From the NCBI GenBank assembly GCA_963422645.2, contig CAXXVO010000004.1, positions 384,001 through 448,000 of the forward strand: a DNA stretch of 64,000 nt, in the 5' to 3' direction. Under the pieces are notes generated by a model, which searched no databases, was not told the origin of the DNA, and saw nothing but the letters and a program-made list of their open reading frames with translations. A program made the position numbers and the translations under genes. The DNA is from Alphaproteobacteria bacterium. Lineage in GTDB: Bacteria > Pseudomonadota > Alphaproteobacteria > UBA828. The stretch's first letter is position 1; each line of letters opens with the position of its first letter. This document shows, one piece after another, positions 22,915 through 33,996 of this stretch.

Positions 22915-23369
22915 GGGTCCTCCTGCTCCTCGATGATGCGCGCCCGGCCGTCGGCGAGATGCTGCGCGAGCCGCGCGATATAAGTCTCGCGGGGGCCGTC
23001 CAACGCCACCTTGAGGGCCGCGCCCTCGAACCGCACCCGCCAGTGCAGATTGCCGCAGAAATAGCCGAGGTCCAAAGCCGCTGCCAGGTCGCGGGGGCCG
23101 AGCGCGAGCCACACGGTCTCGCGCATGCGGACCACGACGGCGCGGTCCTCCTCAAGCAAAAGAACCGTGCCGTTGGCGAGACGATCGGAGCGCGCGATGG
23201 CCACCGCGCAGTCGGTCCCCTTGTCGGTCGCGACCCGGAGCCGCTTGCGCGCCGTATCGGCCGCATCCAGCGCGATGGTCTCGACCCGCCCGTCGTGCTC
23301 CAGCGCATGCAGCCGCTCGGCGATCGCCGGGTCGGTCGCGTTGCCGAAAATCTGGGTGAGCCGCAGCAT
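22911..23369 (-). CDS. ureE: Urease accessory protein UreE-like
   Basis: [21 protein letters not shown]; no His-rich tail. Confidence 0.8.
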   Translation of the reverse strand: MLRLTQIFGNATDPAIAERLHALEHDGRVETIALDAADTARKRLRVATDKGTDCAVAIARSDRLANGTVLLLEEDRAVVVRMRETVWLALGPRDLAAALDLGYFCGNLHWRVRFEGAALKVALDGPRETYIARLAQHLADGRARIIEEQEDP

Positions 23370-23493
23370 GGCGGGCAGCTTAGGGCGATCGGAAGCGCTG
23401 GCAAGGGAGGGCGCGGCCAATGCGGTGTATGTCGATTGAAGGGTGGACCGGCGTTCGGCATCATGCGCCCACGGCGCCACGCGGAGGAGACTG

Positions 23494-25125
23494 ATGCGCG
23501 CGACGATGATGGACTACCCGCTCACCCTCACCCCTTACCTGGAGCGGGCCGGCACGCTGCTCGGCGACAGCGAGATCGTCACCCGCCTGCCGGACAAGTC
23601 GAAGCACCGCTACCGCTTCGCCGACTTTCACCGGCGCGCCCGCCAGCTTGCCTCGGCGCTGGCCCGTGCCGGGCTCGAGCGGGGCGAGCCCGTGGCCACC
23701 ATGATGTGGAACAACTACGCGCACGAGGAGTGCTACTTCGGCGTCCCCTGCGCCGGCGGCGTGCTGCACACCCTCAACTTCCGCCTGCACCCGAACGACA
23801 TCGCCTACATCGCGAACCACGCAGGCGACCGCTTCGCGATCGTGGACGACGTGCTCCTGCCGCTCTTCGAGAAGCTCCGGCCCGAGATCGCGCCGGAGCG
23901 GGTGTTCGTGGTGGCGCTCTCCGGCCAGCCGGTGCCGAAGGGCTACGAGAACTACGAGGATCTGCTGGCGTCGGGCGATCCCGACGACGCGCTGCCCACC
24001 CTCGACGAGCGCGACGCCTGCGGCGTCTGCTACACCTCGGGCACCACCGGGCGGCCCAAGGGAGTGGTCTACTCGCACCGGGCCATGGTGCTCCACACCA
24101 TGGCGATGTGCATGACCGAGCCCTTCGGCATCAGCCAGCACGACACCATCATGCCGGTGGTGCCGATGTTCCATGCCAATGGCTGGGGCCTGCCCTATTC
24201 GGCGGTGGCGGCCGGCGCCCGCGTCGTGCTGCCGGGCCCCCATCTCGACCCGGTGAACCTGCTCGATCTCTGCGAAACCGAACGGATCACGATGGCCGCC
24301 GGCGTGCCGACCATCTGGAACGGCATCCTCCAGGCGCTGGACGCGGAGCCGGACCGCTGGTCGTTCGACCCGCGGCTCCGCACCGCGGTCGGCGGCTCGG
24401 CGGCGAGCGAGGCGATGATTCGGGGTTTCGACCGCCACGGCATTCGCACCATCCACGCCTGGGGCATGACCGAGATGACGCCGCTCGGCACGGCCGCGTT
24501 CCTCAAGGCGACCATGGAAGGGCTCGACGAGGACGCGCAATACAGCTACCGCGCGAAGCAGGGGGTTGCCCTGCCCTTCGTCGACATGCGCCTGACGAAC
24601 GATCAGGGCATCGCGCCCTGGGACGGCGAGACCATGGGCGAGGTGCAGGTGCGCGGGCCTTGGATCGCCGCCGCCTACCACGATTCCGACGAGTTGAGCG
24701 ACAAGTGGTCCGAGGACGGCTGGCTGCGCACCGGCGACGTCGCCACCATCGACGCCGAGGGCTACATGAAGATCACCGACCGCACCAAGGACCTGATCAA
24801 ATCCGGCGGCGAGTGGATCAGCTCGGTCGATCTGGAGAACGCGCTCATGGGCCATCCCGCGGTGAGCGAGGCCGCGGTGATCGCGGCGCGGCACGAGAAG
24901 TGGGATGAGCGCCCGCTCGCCGTCATCGTCCTCAAGGAGGGGGCGGAGGCGGACGCCGACGCGCTCCAGAGCCACCTCGCCGGCGACTTCGCCAGGTGGT
25001 GGCTGCCTGACGACTACGTGTTCGTGGACGAAATTCCGCGCACGTCTACGGGCAAGTTCCTCAAGTCCGCGCTGCGCGAGCGCTACGATGGGCTATTGGT
25101 GGGGGAGGGCGGTGGCGAGAGCTAG
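23494..25125 (+). CDS. Acyl-CoA synthetase (AlkK/DmdB-like)
   Basis: [31 protein letters not shown]. Confidence 0.93.
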   Translation: MRATMMDYPLTLTPYLERAGTLLGDSEIVTRLPDKSKHRYRFADFHRRARQLASALARAGLERGEPVATMMWNNYAHEECYFGVPCAGGVLHTLNFRLHPNDIAYIANHAGDRFAIVDDVLLPLFEKLRPEIAPERVFVVALSGQPVPKGYENYEDLLASGDPDDALPTLDERDACGVCYTSGTTGRPKGVVYSHRAMVLHTMAMCMTEPFGISQHDTIMPVVPMFHANGWGLPYSAVAAGARVVLPGPHLDPVNLLDLCETERITMAAGVPTIWNGILQALDAEPDRWSFDPRLRTAVGGSAASEAMIRGFDRHGIRTIHAWGMTEMTPLGTAAFLKATMEGLDEDAQYSYRAKQGVALPFVDMRLTNDQGIAPWDGETMGEVQVRGPWIAAAYHDSDELSDKWSEDGWLRTGDVATIDAEGYMKITDRTKDLIKSGGEWISSVDLENALMGHPAVSEAAVIAARHEKWDERPLAVIVLKEGAEADADALQSHLAGDFARWWLPDDYVFVDEIPRTSTGKFLKSALRERYDGLLVGEGGGES

Positions 25126-26873
25126 ACGCCCCTGCCGCATGGCCCGGCGCTGCGCCGGGCTGCGGTCGCTGCTTCGTCCACCTCAAGCGGGTCGTCGCGG
25201 AGAACCACGCCGAAGCGCTGCGCCGCCTCGTCGGCCGTGTAGTAGCCGCGCATCACGTCGCGCAGGACTAGCGCCGGCTCGCGCTCGTAGGCATGGCCGT
25301 AGCCGCCGCCGCCCGGCGTGGAGACGCGCACGGTATCGCCGGGGCGGAGCGGAATCTCCTGGTCTTTGGAGAGATGCGGCGGGCGGTAGGCCGAGCCGTC
25401 GGCGCGAATCACGTCCACAGTGTTGACGCCGCCGGGTGCGCCGCCGAGCGCGCCGTTGGGCCCGGTGCGGCCATGGTCCATCACCATGGAGGCCGAGGCC
25501 GCGCCCCTCCGGAGCGTGCAGGCATAGGTGACGCCGAAGCCGCCCCGCCAGCGGCCTGCGCCGCCCGAGCCCTCGTGCATGGAATACTCCTGGAAGAGCA
25601 CCGGGTACTTCTGCTCCATCACCTCGATGGGCTGCATCTTGGAGATGCCGATGGTCGAGCAGCCGTTGGTGAGCCCGTCGCCTTCGGGCGAGCCGCCGTA
25701 GCCGCCGCCGGTGAAGAGGTACATCACGTAGTCCCGGCCTCGCGCAGGGTCGCCACCGCCCACGGCGAAGTTGCCCGAGGTGCCGGCGGGCGCGGCGAAG
25801 AGGCGGTCCGGGATCGCCTGGGCGAGCGCATCGAACACGGCTTCTGCAATGCGCTGGCTCACCTCCGCCGCGCAGCCCGAGACCGGGCGCGGGTATTCGG
25901 CGTGAAGGAAGGTGCCCTTGGGCTCCGTAATGTGCAGCGGCTCGAACATACCGGCGTTGATCGGCACGTCGGGGAAGACGTGGCGGATCGCGAGGTAAAT
26001 CGAGGACTTGGTGGTCGCCGCAACGCTGTTCATCGGCCCCAGGCAGGGTGGGCTGGAGTGCGACATGTCGAAGTAAAGCTCGGTATCCTCGACGCGGATG
26101 CGCATGTCGATGGTGAGCGGCTCGTTCACCACGCCGTCGGAATCGACCTCGGCGAGCCCGCGATAGCTGCCGTCCGGGATGGTCTCGATCTTGGCCCGCA
26201 TCTGGCGGGCAGCGCGCTGGCGCATCTCCCGGATCACGTCTTCCACCAGGGACTGGCCGTACTTGTCGAGCAGCGCCGTCATCCGCCGGGCGCCCACCAG
26301 CAGCGCCGCCGACTGCGCCTCGATGTCGCCGATGCGCTGCTCGGGCACGCGGATGTTGGAGAGGATGATGGAGAGGATCTCCTCGTCGATCTTCCCTTCC
26401 TTGTAGAGCTTGACCGGCGGGAAGCGCAGGCCCTCCTGCACCACTTCGGTGGCCCGCGCCGAGAAGCCGCCCGGCACCATGCCGCCGGTGTCTGGCCAGT
26501 GGCCGGTGTTCGACAGCCAGGCGAAGTGCGCGCCCTTGTAGAAGAAGGGCAACGCGAAGCGCACGTCCATCAGGTGGGTGCCGCCGAGATAAGGGTCGTT
26601 GACGGCGAAGATGTCGCCCTCGCGCACGGTGGGCCTGGTAGCGATCAGGTGCTCGGTCGAAAACTGCATGGTTCCGACGAAGACCGGCAGCCCTAGCTCG
26701 CCCTGGGCGATCAGCTTGCCGTCCTCCCTGGCGTAGATGCCGTCGGAGCGGTCCAGCCCCTCCGAGATGACCGGGCTGAAGGCTGCGCGGACGAAGGCGA
26801 GGTCCATCTCGTTGCAGACCTGCTGCAGGCCGCTCTGCACCACGCCGAGGGTGATGGGGTCAAGCTCGCTCAT
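25122..26873 (-). CDS. Hydantoinase B / oxoprolinase family protein
   Basis: AFSPVI, NDPYLGGTHLMD, GHWPD.GG, GSGGAG.WRGG, TPGGGGYG. Confidence 0.93.
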   Translation of the reverse strand: MSELDPITLGVVQSGLQQVCNEMDLAFVRAAFSPVISEGLDRSDGIYAREDGKLIAQGELGLPVFVGTMQFSTEHLIATRPTVREGDIFAVNDPYLGGTHLMDVRFALPFFYKGAHFAWLSNTGHWPDTGGMVPGGFSARATEVVQEGLRFPPVKLYKEGKIDEEILSIILSNIRVPEQRIGDIEAQSAALLVGARRMTALLDKYGQSLVEDVIREMRQRAARQMRAKIETIPDGSYRGLAEVDSDGVVNEPLTIDMRIRVEDTELYFDMSHSSPPCLGPMNSVAATTKSSIYLAIRHVFPDVPINAGMFEPLHITEPKGTFLHAEYPRPVSGCAAEVSQRIAEAVFDALAQAIPDRLFAAPAGTSGNFAVGGGDPARGRDYVMYLFTGGGYGGSPEGDGLTNGCSTIGISKMQPIEVMEQKYPVLFQEYSMHEGSGGAGRWRGGFGVTYACTLRRGAASASMVMDHGRTGPNGALGGAPGGVNTVDVIRADGSAYRPPHLSKDQEIPLRPGDTVRVSTPGGGGYGHAYEREPALVLRDVMRGYYTADEAAQRFGVVLRDDPLEVDEAATAARRSAGPCGRGV

Positions 26874-28909
26874 CCGCTCACGTCCAGGATCAGGTTGCCG
26901 ATGGAATCGAGGGAGGCTCGGTTGCCCGGCTCCACCACGCTGGTGCAGTCGGTCTGCTGCACGATTGCGGGGCCTGGGAAGGCTGCCCCGGCGGGCAGGC
27001 GGTCACGGTCGTAGACCGGCGTCTCCGCCCAGCCGTCGGGGAACCAGACGCGGCGGGCCCCGATCAGGGCGTCGTCGAGGGAGGTGGCCCGCGCCTGGCC
27101 GCCGAGTGCGGCGAGCGGCACCTGAGGCCGCGCGCCAATCACTGCCGTGTGGAGGTTGACGAGCACAGCGCGGATCGTGTCGAGCGCCACCGCGAAGCGC
27201 TCCCAGTAGGCGGCCTCGAACGCGTTCTGGAGCTCCTCGCGCGTCACGTCCGGCCCCGCGACCGGCACGGTGAGCAGGTGGGTCTGCCCCTCGAACTGCA
27301 TGTCGGCGGCGTGCAGGTAGGCGATCTCGCCGACCGCCACGCCCTCCTGCTCGATGGTCGCGCGCCCCTCTGCCGCCTGGCGTTGGAGGATCGCGCGGAC
27401 GTCCCCCATGTCCGCCTCCGCCAGCGGCGCGTTCACCGTGTTCACGTAGTCGTGGCGCAGGTCGGCGGTGATGCAGCCGACGGCGCTGGTGATTCCCGGC
27501 CGGGCCGGGATCATCACCTGCGGGATGCCCAGTTCTGCGGCGAGCGCTGCGGCGTGCATGGGGCCGGCGCCGCCGAAGGCGAAGAGCGCGAAGTCGCGCG
27601 GGTCGTGGCCGCGCGCGAGCGTCGCCATGCGGATCGCGCCGGCCATGCGGTCGTTGGCAATGCGGATCACCGCCGCCGCCGCAGTGTCCGCATCGAGGCC
27701 GAGGGGAGCGCCGACGGTCTCCCCCAGTGCGGCCCGCACGTCGTCGGGCGCGACCGGGTTCTCGACCGCGAGCAGGGCGTCGGGATCGAGCCGGCCGAGG
27801 ATCAGGTTGGCGTCGGTGAGGGTCGGTCGCTCGCCGCCCCGGCCGTAACAGATCGGCCCCGGCTGGGCGCCCGCGCTCTCCGGCCCCACCTGGAGCAGCC
27901 CCGCCTCGTCGATCCGCGCGAGCGAACCGCCGCCCGCGCCCACCGTGTGCACGTCCACCATGGGGACGTGGATGGGCATGCCGTGCTCGAGCTCCATCTC
28001 GGCCGAGACCGCCGGCACGCCCTCCAGCACCAGGCCCACATCGGCGCTGGTGCCGCCGGTGTCGAAGGTGATCAACTGCCCTGCACCGACCGCGCGGCCG
28101 ATGGCGGCGGCGGCCATGACGCCCGACGCTGGGCCCGAGAGCACCGTGTTGACCGCCTTCGCCGCCGCCGAGCGGGCGGAGACGCTGCCGCCGTTGCCCT
28201 GGATCACCAACAGCTCGCGCTCGTAGCCGCGTGCCGAGAGCTGCCCCTGCAATCGGTCGAGATAGCGGTGCAGCAGCGGCTGAACGCAGGCGTTGACCGC
28301 CGCGGCGACGCCCCGCTCGAACTCGCGGTACTCGGCGAGGATCGCGTGTCCCGCGGTGACGTAGCCCGCCGGCCAGCACTCGCGGGCGATGGCGAGCGCG
28401 TGCTCCTCGTGCGCCGGGTTCTTGTAGCTGTGCAGGAAGTGGATCACGAGCGAATCGCAGCCTGCCTCCTGCAGCGCTGAAATCGCGGCGCGCACCGCCG
28501 CCTCGTCCAGCGGCACCAGCACCTCGCCGGCGGCATCCATGCGCTCCGGCACCTCGATGCGAAGCTCACGCGGGATTAGCGGGGTGAAGCTGCCGGTAAG
28601 GCCATAGGCGTTGGGCCGCGTGCGCCGGCCGAGCTCGAGTATGTCGCGGAATCCCTGGGTCGTGATCAGCCCCGTGCGGCTGAGCTTGCGCTCCAGGAGC
28701 GCGTTGGTGGTGACCGTGGTGCCGTGAATGATGGCCGCGACGTCCGCCAGGGACGCGGCCGCGCCGTCGAGCGCCGCAAGCACGCCTGCCGCCTGGTTCG
28801 CGGGTGTAGACGGCACCTTGGCGAGTCTGACGGCGCCGGTCTCCGGCTCCATGAGGATGAGATCGGTGAAGGTCCCGCCGACATCGACGCCGACGACCGC
28901 GCCGCTCAT
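26870..28909 (-). CDS. Hydantoinase A / oxoprolinase family protein
   Basis: GVDVGGTFTD, HGTTVTTNA, SGPASG, GAGGGS, FGGAGP. Confidence 0.93.
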   Translation of the reverse strand: MSGAVVGVDVGGTFTDLILMEPETGAVRLAKVPSTPANQAAGVLAALDGAAASLADVAAIIHGTTVTTNALLERKLSRTGLITTQGFRDILELGRRTRPNAYGLTGSFTPLIPRELRIEVPERMDAAGEVLVPLDEAAVRAAISALQEAGCDSLVIHFLHSYKNPAHEEHALAIARECWPAGYVTAGHAILAEYREFERGVAAAVNACVQPLLHRYLDRLQGQLSARGYERELLVIQGNGGSVSARSAAAKAVNTVLSGPASGVMAAAAIGRAVGAGQLITFDTGGTSADVGLVLEGVPAVSAEMELEHGMPIHVPMVDVHTVGAGGGSLARIDEAGLLQVGPESAGAQPGPICYGRGGERPTLTDANLILGRLDPDALLAVENPVAPDDVRAALGETVGAPLGLDADTAAAAVIRIANDRMAGAIRMATLARGHDPRDFALFAFGGAGPMHAAALAAELGIPQVMIPARPGITSAVGCITADLRHDYVNTVNAPLAEADMGDVRAILQRQAAEGRATIEQEGVAVGEIAYLHAADMQFEGQTHLLTVPVAGPDVTREELQNAFEAAYWERFAVALDTIRAVLVNLHTAVIGARPQVPLAALGGQARATSLDDALIGARRVWFPDGWAETPVYDRDRLPAGAAFPGPAIVQQTDCTSVVEPGNRASLDSIGNLILDVSG

Positions 28910-28916
28910 GGTGTGC

Positions 28917-29780
28917 TCATGCGGCGGCGGCTCCGGCAGTTTCCGCCGGCGCAAGCGTGCGGGTCTCGCCCTGGAGCGCGAGGCGCGAGGAGTCGATCAG
29001 TCCGGCCGCCTGCATCGCCCGCGCCTCCGCGAGCCCAGCGTCGAGCGCTGCGGCCTTGGCGCCTGCGGGGAGCGGCCCCACTTTGACGGTAACCGGAAGT
29101 TTGCCTAGGTCGCTCTCCTCCCGGAGCGACGACGCCGGCGCGTGTTCGACGGCAGGATGGTCGATGGTGACGGCGTTGGCGATCAAGGTCGCCGCAGCGT
29201 CCGCCGCAGCCGCGCTCACCGCCAGCACCGTGACCGCATCGGCGATCCCGAACGAGAGCGAACGCCCGCGCCAGCCCGAGGTCGCCATGCCGCGCGCAGG
29301 TCTCTCGGTGCCGAAAACAATCCGTTCGTCGAGGCCAGGCCGGTCGGGGTCGTTCACGACGCCGGCGGAGAAAGAGGTTCCAGGACCGAGATAAACCGCG
29401 ATGTCGCCACCATTGTTGACGTAGGCGCGCGCGAGGCGGCGCCCCGCCCTCGTTGCCGCCACCACCTCGTCAGCGACCGACCCGGCGACCGCCGCCATAG
29501 GCGTGATGAAGCGGGCCCGATGCGGCCAGCAGGCCCTGAGCATGCGTTGCGCCACCGGGCCATGCAGCGCGGGCTGAGCGTGGCCGAGGGGGCGGCGCAG
29601 CAGGGCAAGCTCGGCCACGAGTTCGTCGAGGATGGTGGCGAAGCGGGTGCCGGCCTGGCGGTAAGCGGCATCCACTTCCGCTGCCTCGCCGAAAGCCTCG
29701 GCCACGATGTCGATCGGCCCGTGCTGCAGGTGCAGCCTGCGGCCGTCGGGCAGCAGCGCCATGCGGGCGGCGCCCGGCAT
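28917..29780 (-). CDS. UPF0280 / ApbE-like protein
   Basis: LHLQHGPID, PMAAVAG, NNGGDIA, ATSGWRGRSLSFG. Confidence 0.88.
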   Translation of the reverse strand: MPGAARMALLPDGRRLHLQHGPIDIVAEAFGEAAEVDAAYRQAGTRFATILDELVAELALLRRPLGHAQPALHGPVAQRMLRACWPHRARFITPMAAVAGSVADEVVAATRAGRRLARAYVNNGGDIAVYLGPGTSFSAGVVNDPDRPGLDERIVFGTERPARGMATSGWRGRSLSFGIADAVTVLAVSAAAADAAATLIANAVTIDHPAVEHAPASSLREESDLGKLPVTVKVGPLPAGAKAAALDAGLAEARAMQAAGLIDSSRLALQGETRTLAPAETAGAAAA

Positions 29781-31252
29781 CAGGGTTTTCCCTCCCGCAG
29801 CGGCCAGGGATTGGCGCGGGGCCAGGGCTCCGCCCTGTGCTCGGCAGCGTCCAGCGCCTCCTCCAGGGGCACGATGCGGTCCAAGTGGCCGCCGAGCGCC
29901 GCGAACTCGGCGCGGCTCAGCGTGAATTCGATGGGCGCGACCAGCGCCGGCGTCGGCACGTAGCCGAAGGCATCCGCCGGCATGCGGGTCACGTCCACCA
30001 TGAAGGTGATACCTCCGCCGGGCCAGACATGCACCGGCGCCCCGCCGGCGGTGACGCGGGTGAGCGCGTCCTTGATCGAGCGGGTGAGGCGCACCGGATT
30101 CTCGGTGACGCCAGCGCGCAGGCTCCCGCCTGCGCCCGCCATGAAAAGCACGGTGCAAAGCGCAGGCTCGCAGTTCTCCGCGATGCGGCCGACCACGGTC
30201 TCGATCGCATCCGGCATGGTGGCGGGCCGGGGCGTCAGGGTCTCGTCGAGCTCGAACCAGGCAGCGTCCTCGCCGGTGGTCGAGACCATGTGGAGCCTGA
30301 GGCCGGGCCAGGCCTTCTTCGGGTCGATCTTCTCGATGATCTCCAGCGGGTCGGCGATCTCGGTGGCGGCCCAGCCGCGCCCCTTGCGCGCCACCTGAAA
30401 GTAGCGCCCCGGCGTCGACCGCCGACCACGGATGCGGATGCCCGAGGGCGGCATGTCGAGGAAGCGCCCGGCCTGGTGCTCGGTGAGCACGCCGGTGATC
30501 TGGTCGTCTACCACGATCACCTCGTCCGCGTGGCCGTGCCACTGGCGGGCGAACATGCCCATGGCGGCCGAACCGCAGCCCGCCCGCATGCGCTCCTCTT
30601 GCTGACCGTCCACCACCGGCGCCGCGCCCGCCTGCACCACGAGCTCGGCACCGCCGTCCACGGTGAGCGTCGCGGGCTTGCCGTTGCAGAGGTCGAGCAA
30701 GGTGGCGCAAGTGACCGTGCCCTCGCGCTTGGAGCCGCCGGTGAAGTGCCGCACGCCGCCGAGGGAGAGCATTTGGGAGCCGTATTCGGCGGTGGTCATG
30801 TGGCCGATGGGCTCGCCGTCGGCCCGCACCGAGGCCTGCTCGGGGCCCACATGGCGGTCGGTGTCGATCTTCACCTTGACACCGCAGTAGCTGAAGATCC
30901 CTTCCGAGACGACGGTCACCATGTCCACGCCCGCCGCCTCGCTCGCGATGATGAAGGGCGCGGGCTTGTAGTCGGGATAGGTGGTGCCGGAGCCGATCCC
31001 GGTGACGAAGCGCTCAGGCTGCGCGACGACGCCCCCGTCCCAATCTTCCGCGCCGTCCAGGAAGGGCACCAGGGTCTCGGCCCGCTCGGTCACCAGCAGC
31101 GGGTCCACGCGGGTGAGCGTGCCGCCGACGTTGGCATAGCGGTCGCAGGCGCCGACCTTGCCCTCACGAATGCGGCAGAGCACCGGGCAGGCGTCGCAGC
31201 GGATGATCGAGCCCTCGCCCTTGGCCCGGCGCGCGGTCTTCTGGTCACTCAC
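29780..31252 (-). CDS. 6-hydroxynicotinate reductase-like Fe-S protein
   Basis: CDACPVLC...GACDRY, TTYPDYKPAPFI, MRAGCGSA, WPGGGI. Confidence 0.88.
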   Translation of the reverse strand: MSDQKTARRAKGEGSIIRCDACPVLCRIREGKVGACDRYANVGGTLTRVDPLLVTERAETLVPFLDGAEDWDGGVVAQPERFVTGIGSGTTYPDYKPAPFIIASEAAGVDMVTVVSEGIFSYCGVKVKIDTDRHVGPEQASVRADGEPIGHMTTAEYGSQMLSLGGVRHFTGGSKREGTVTCATLLDLCNGKPATLTVDGGAELVVQAGAAPVVDGQQEERMRAGCGSAAMGMFARQWHGHADEVIVVDDQITGVLTEHQAGRFLDMPPSGIRIRGRRSTPGRYFQVARKGRGWAATEIADPLEIIEKIDPKKAWPGLRLHMVSTTGEDAAWFELDETLTPRPATMPDAIETVVGRIAENCEPALCTVLFMAGAGGSLRAGVTENPVRLTRSIKDALTRVTAGGAPVHVWPGGGITFMVDVTRMPADAFGYVPTPALVAPIEFTLSRAEFAALGGHLDRIVPLEEALDAAEHRAEPWPRANPWPLREGKP

Positions 31253-33996
31253 CGCCCAGCCTCCCGCTCGCGGAGCGCGCGGCGCAGGCGATGGGGCAGG
31301 GCAGGAACCCTGGTGACGCGCACGCCTGTCGCATGGCGGATCGCGCCCAGGATCGCCGACGCAGTGGGGATCAGGCCGGGCTCGCCTACGCCCTTGGCGC
31401 CGAAGGGGCCCAAGGGTTCCGGGTCCTCGACGATGATGACCTCGATCTCGGGCACGTCGCCGATGGTGGGGATCAGGTAGTCGTGCAGGTTCTCGGTCCG
31501 GCCGGGCAGGTATTCCTCCATCAGCGCGAAGCCGATGCCCTGGGCGATGCCGCCCTCGATCTGCCCTTCCACCTGGGTCGGGTTGATGGCGCGCCCGACA
31601 TCGTGGGCGGCATGGATGCGGACGGGCGTCACGGTCCCGAGCTCGGTGTCCACATCGACCACCGCGACCTGCGCGCCGAAGGCGTAGGTCGCGTAAGGCG
31701 TGCCCTGGCCCTTGGCATCGAGCGTCGTGGTCGGTGGATCGAAGCGGCCGACACCCTCCAGCACCACGCCCGCCGCGTCGGCCTTGAGTCGGGCGAGGTC
31801 GATCTCCACCCGCCGCCCGCCTTCGCGCACCACCACCTTGGCGCCCGCAAGCTCGATCGTGGCGTCGTCGGCGGCATTGGCCTCCCGCAGGATCGCGGCG
31901 CGGAGCGCGGCGCCCGCAAGCTCGGCCGCCTTGCCCGAGACGAAGGTCTGGCGGGAGGCCGAGGTCTTGCCCGCGTCCTCGGTCCAGTCCGTGTCGCCGA
32001 TGACCTGGGCGATCCGGTCCACCGCGACGCCCAGCGCATCCGCGCATATCTGCGCGAGGATCGTGGTCGAGCCCTGGCCGATATCGACGGCGCCGTTGTA
32101 GAGCGTGAGCCGGCCGTCGCGGTCGAGCTTGATCCGCATCGCGGACGGGTTGCTGAGCGCGGTGTTGCCGATGCCGTACCACATGCAGCCGATGCCGACG
32201 CCGCGCCGCACCGGGCCTTCCTGCGTGTTGAACCGGGCCGCGTCTTCGAGCGCGCGCTGCCAGCGCGGGGCCAGCGCCTCCAGGCAGGGCGCGAGGCCGG
32301 CGCTGGCTTCCAGCACCTGGCCGGTCGCAGTGGCATCGCCGACGCGAATCGCGTTCTTCAGGCGAATTTCCAGCCGGTCCATGCCGAGCCCGCCCGCGAG
32401 GTCGTCCATCAGCGCCTCATGGGCGATGGCGGCCTGCGGCACGCCGAAGCCGCGAAATGCGCCGGCGGGTGGCCCGTTGGTGTAGAAGGCCCGGCCGCGC
32501 GCGGAGACGTGAGGCACGGCGTAGGGGCCCGAGGCGTGAATCGGCACACGGCTCGCCACCGTCGGCCCCCAGGAGGCGTAGGCTCCGGTATCGAAGGTCG
32601 CGTCGAACTCCACCGCTTGGAGTCTGCCCTCGGCATTGCATCCGAAGCGCGCCTCGATTACCGAAGGATGGCGCTTGGGGCTTGCCATCATGCTCTCGGG
32701 CCGCTCGTAGACGCAGGCGACCGGCGTGCCGGTGAGCCACGCGGCGAGCGCCGTGAGCGGCTGAACCGAGACGTCGAGCTTGCTGCCGAAGCCGCCACCG
32801 CAGGCGCTCGGCACGATCCGCACCTGCGTCGGCGCGAGGTCCAGCACCTCGGCCGTCGTGTCGCGGTTCATCACCGGCGTCTGGGTCGAGACGAAGAGCT
32901 CCACCCGCTCGCCGACCCGCCGCGCCCAGCCGGCTTCGGGCTCGATGTAGGCGTGCTCGACGAAGGCGGTCTCGAAGCGCCCTTGCGCCGTCGCCGCGCA
33001 GCCGGCGAGCGCCGCCCGGGCATCGCCACTCTCGACCCCGCCCTCGATGAGCTTGTTGCCCTCGGTCTCTTCGTGGACCAGGGGGGCGCCCGGCGCGCGC
33101 GCCTCGTCGAGGCCGCGTACGGGTGGCAGCGGCTCGTAGCGGATCGGCAGGTCCTCGTCGCGGACGGCCGTGACCGCCGCGCGCGTGCCCAGGAGCGCCA
33201 CCACCGAATCGCCCCGGTAGCGCACGACGCCGTCCGCCAGCACCGGCTGGTCGTGCAGGTCCGGATAGATGCCGAAGCGGTTGGATGGCACGTCTGCGGC
33301 GGTGAGTATCCGCTCCAGGCCGGGCCGGGCGGCGACGACTGCCTCCAGGTCGCCGAGCACGACGCTCGCCGAGTCATGGGGCGAGCGGACGATGCGGAGC
33401 CAGAGCGCGTCCGCCGGCACGGCATCGGCGCCGTAGCGCTCGGCACCGGTGAGCTTGGGCTTGCCGTCGAGCTTGGCGAGACGGGTGCCGACGGCCGCAC
33501 CCGCCGGGGGCGCTTCCAGGGGCAGCGGGGCGTCGCCCGCCGCGTCGAGCACCGCGGCCACGATCTTGCGATAGCCGGTGCAGCGGCAGAGCACGCCGCC
33601 GAGCCCGTCCATCACCTCTGCCGGGCGGGGGCGCGGAGAGGCGCGCAGCAGTTCGGTCGCGGCAATCAGCATGCCCGGCGTGCACGCGCCGCACTGGGCC
33701 GCGCCGTGGCGCAGGAAGGCCCGCTGCAGGCGGTTGAGGCTTCCCTTCCGGGCGAGGCCCTCCACGGTTTCCACGCGGCGCCCTGCGGCCTGGGCCACGG
33801 GCACCATGCAGCTGCACACCTGGGCGCCGTCGAGCAGCACCGTGCAGGCGCCGCAGTCGCCGGCGTTGCAGCCCACCTTGGTGCCCGTTAGCCCGAGATC
33901 GTCGCGGAGCGCGTCGGCGAGGCGGCGAAGCGGCGGCGCCGCGACCGAGACCGATTCTCCGTTCACCGTGAAGGCGATGGCGCCGTTTTCGCTCAC
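31249..33996 (-). CDS. Xanthine/nicotinate dehydrogenase family: 2Fe-2S domain fused to molybdopterin subunit
   Basis: GTKVGCNAGDCGAC, QCGACTPG, CRCTGY, GGGFG, AFRGFG, GQIEGG, GAKGVGE. Confidence 0.92.
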   Translation of the reverse strand: MSENGAIAFTVNGESVSVAAPPLRRLADALRDDLGLTGTKVGCNAGDCGACTVLLDGAQVCSCMVPVAQAAGRRVETVEGLARKGSLNRLQRAFLRHGAAQCGACTPGMLIAATELLRASPRPRPAEVMDGLGGVLCRCTGYRKIVAAVLDAAGDAPLPLEAPPAGAAVGTRLAKLDGKPKLTGAERYGADAVPADALWLRIVRSPHDSASVVLGDLEAVVAARPGLERILTAADVPSNRFGIYPDLHDQPVLADGVVRYRGDSVVALLGTRAAVTAVRDEDLPIRYEPLPPVRGLDEARAPGAPLVHEETEGNKLIEGGVESGDARAALAGCAATAQGRFETAFVEHAYIEPEAGWARRVGERVELFVSTQTPVMNRDTTAEVLDLAPTQVRIVPSACGGGFGSKLDVSVQPLTALAAWLTGTPVACVYERPESMMASPKRHPSVIEARFGCNAEGRLQAVEFDATFDTGAYASWGPTVASRVPIHASGPYAVPHVSARGRAFYTNGPPAGAFRGFGVPQAAIAHEALMDDLAGGLGMDRLEIRLKNAIRVGDATATGQVLEASAGLAPCLEALAPRWQRALEDAARFNTQEGPVRRGVGIGCMWYGIGNTALSNPSAMRIKLDRDGRLTLYNGAVDIGQGSTTILAQICADALGVAVDRIAQVIGDTDWTEDAGKTSASRQTFVSGKAAELAGAALRAAILREANAADDATIELAGAKVVVREGGRRVEIDLARLKADAAGVVLEGVGRFDPPTTTLDAKGQGTPYATYAFGAQVAVVDVDTELGTVTPVRIHAAHDVGRAINPTQVEGQIEGGIAQGIGFALMEEYLPGRTENLHDYLIPTIGDVPEIEVIIVEDPEPLGPFGAKGVGEPGLIPTASAILGAIRHATGVRVTRVPALPHRLRRALREREAGR

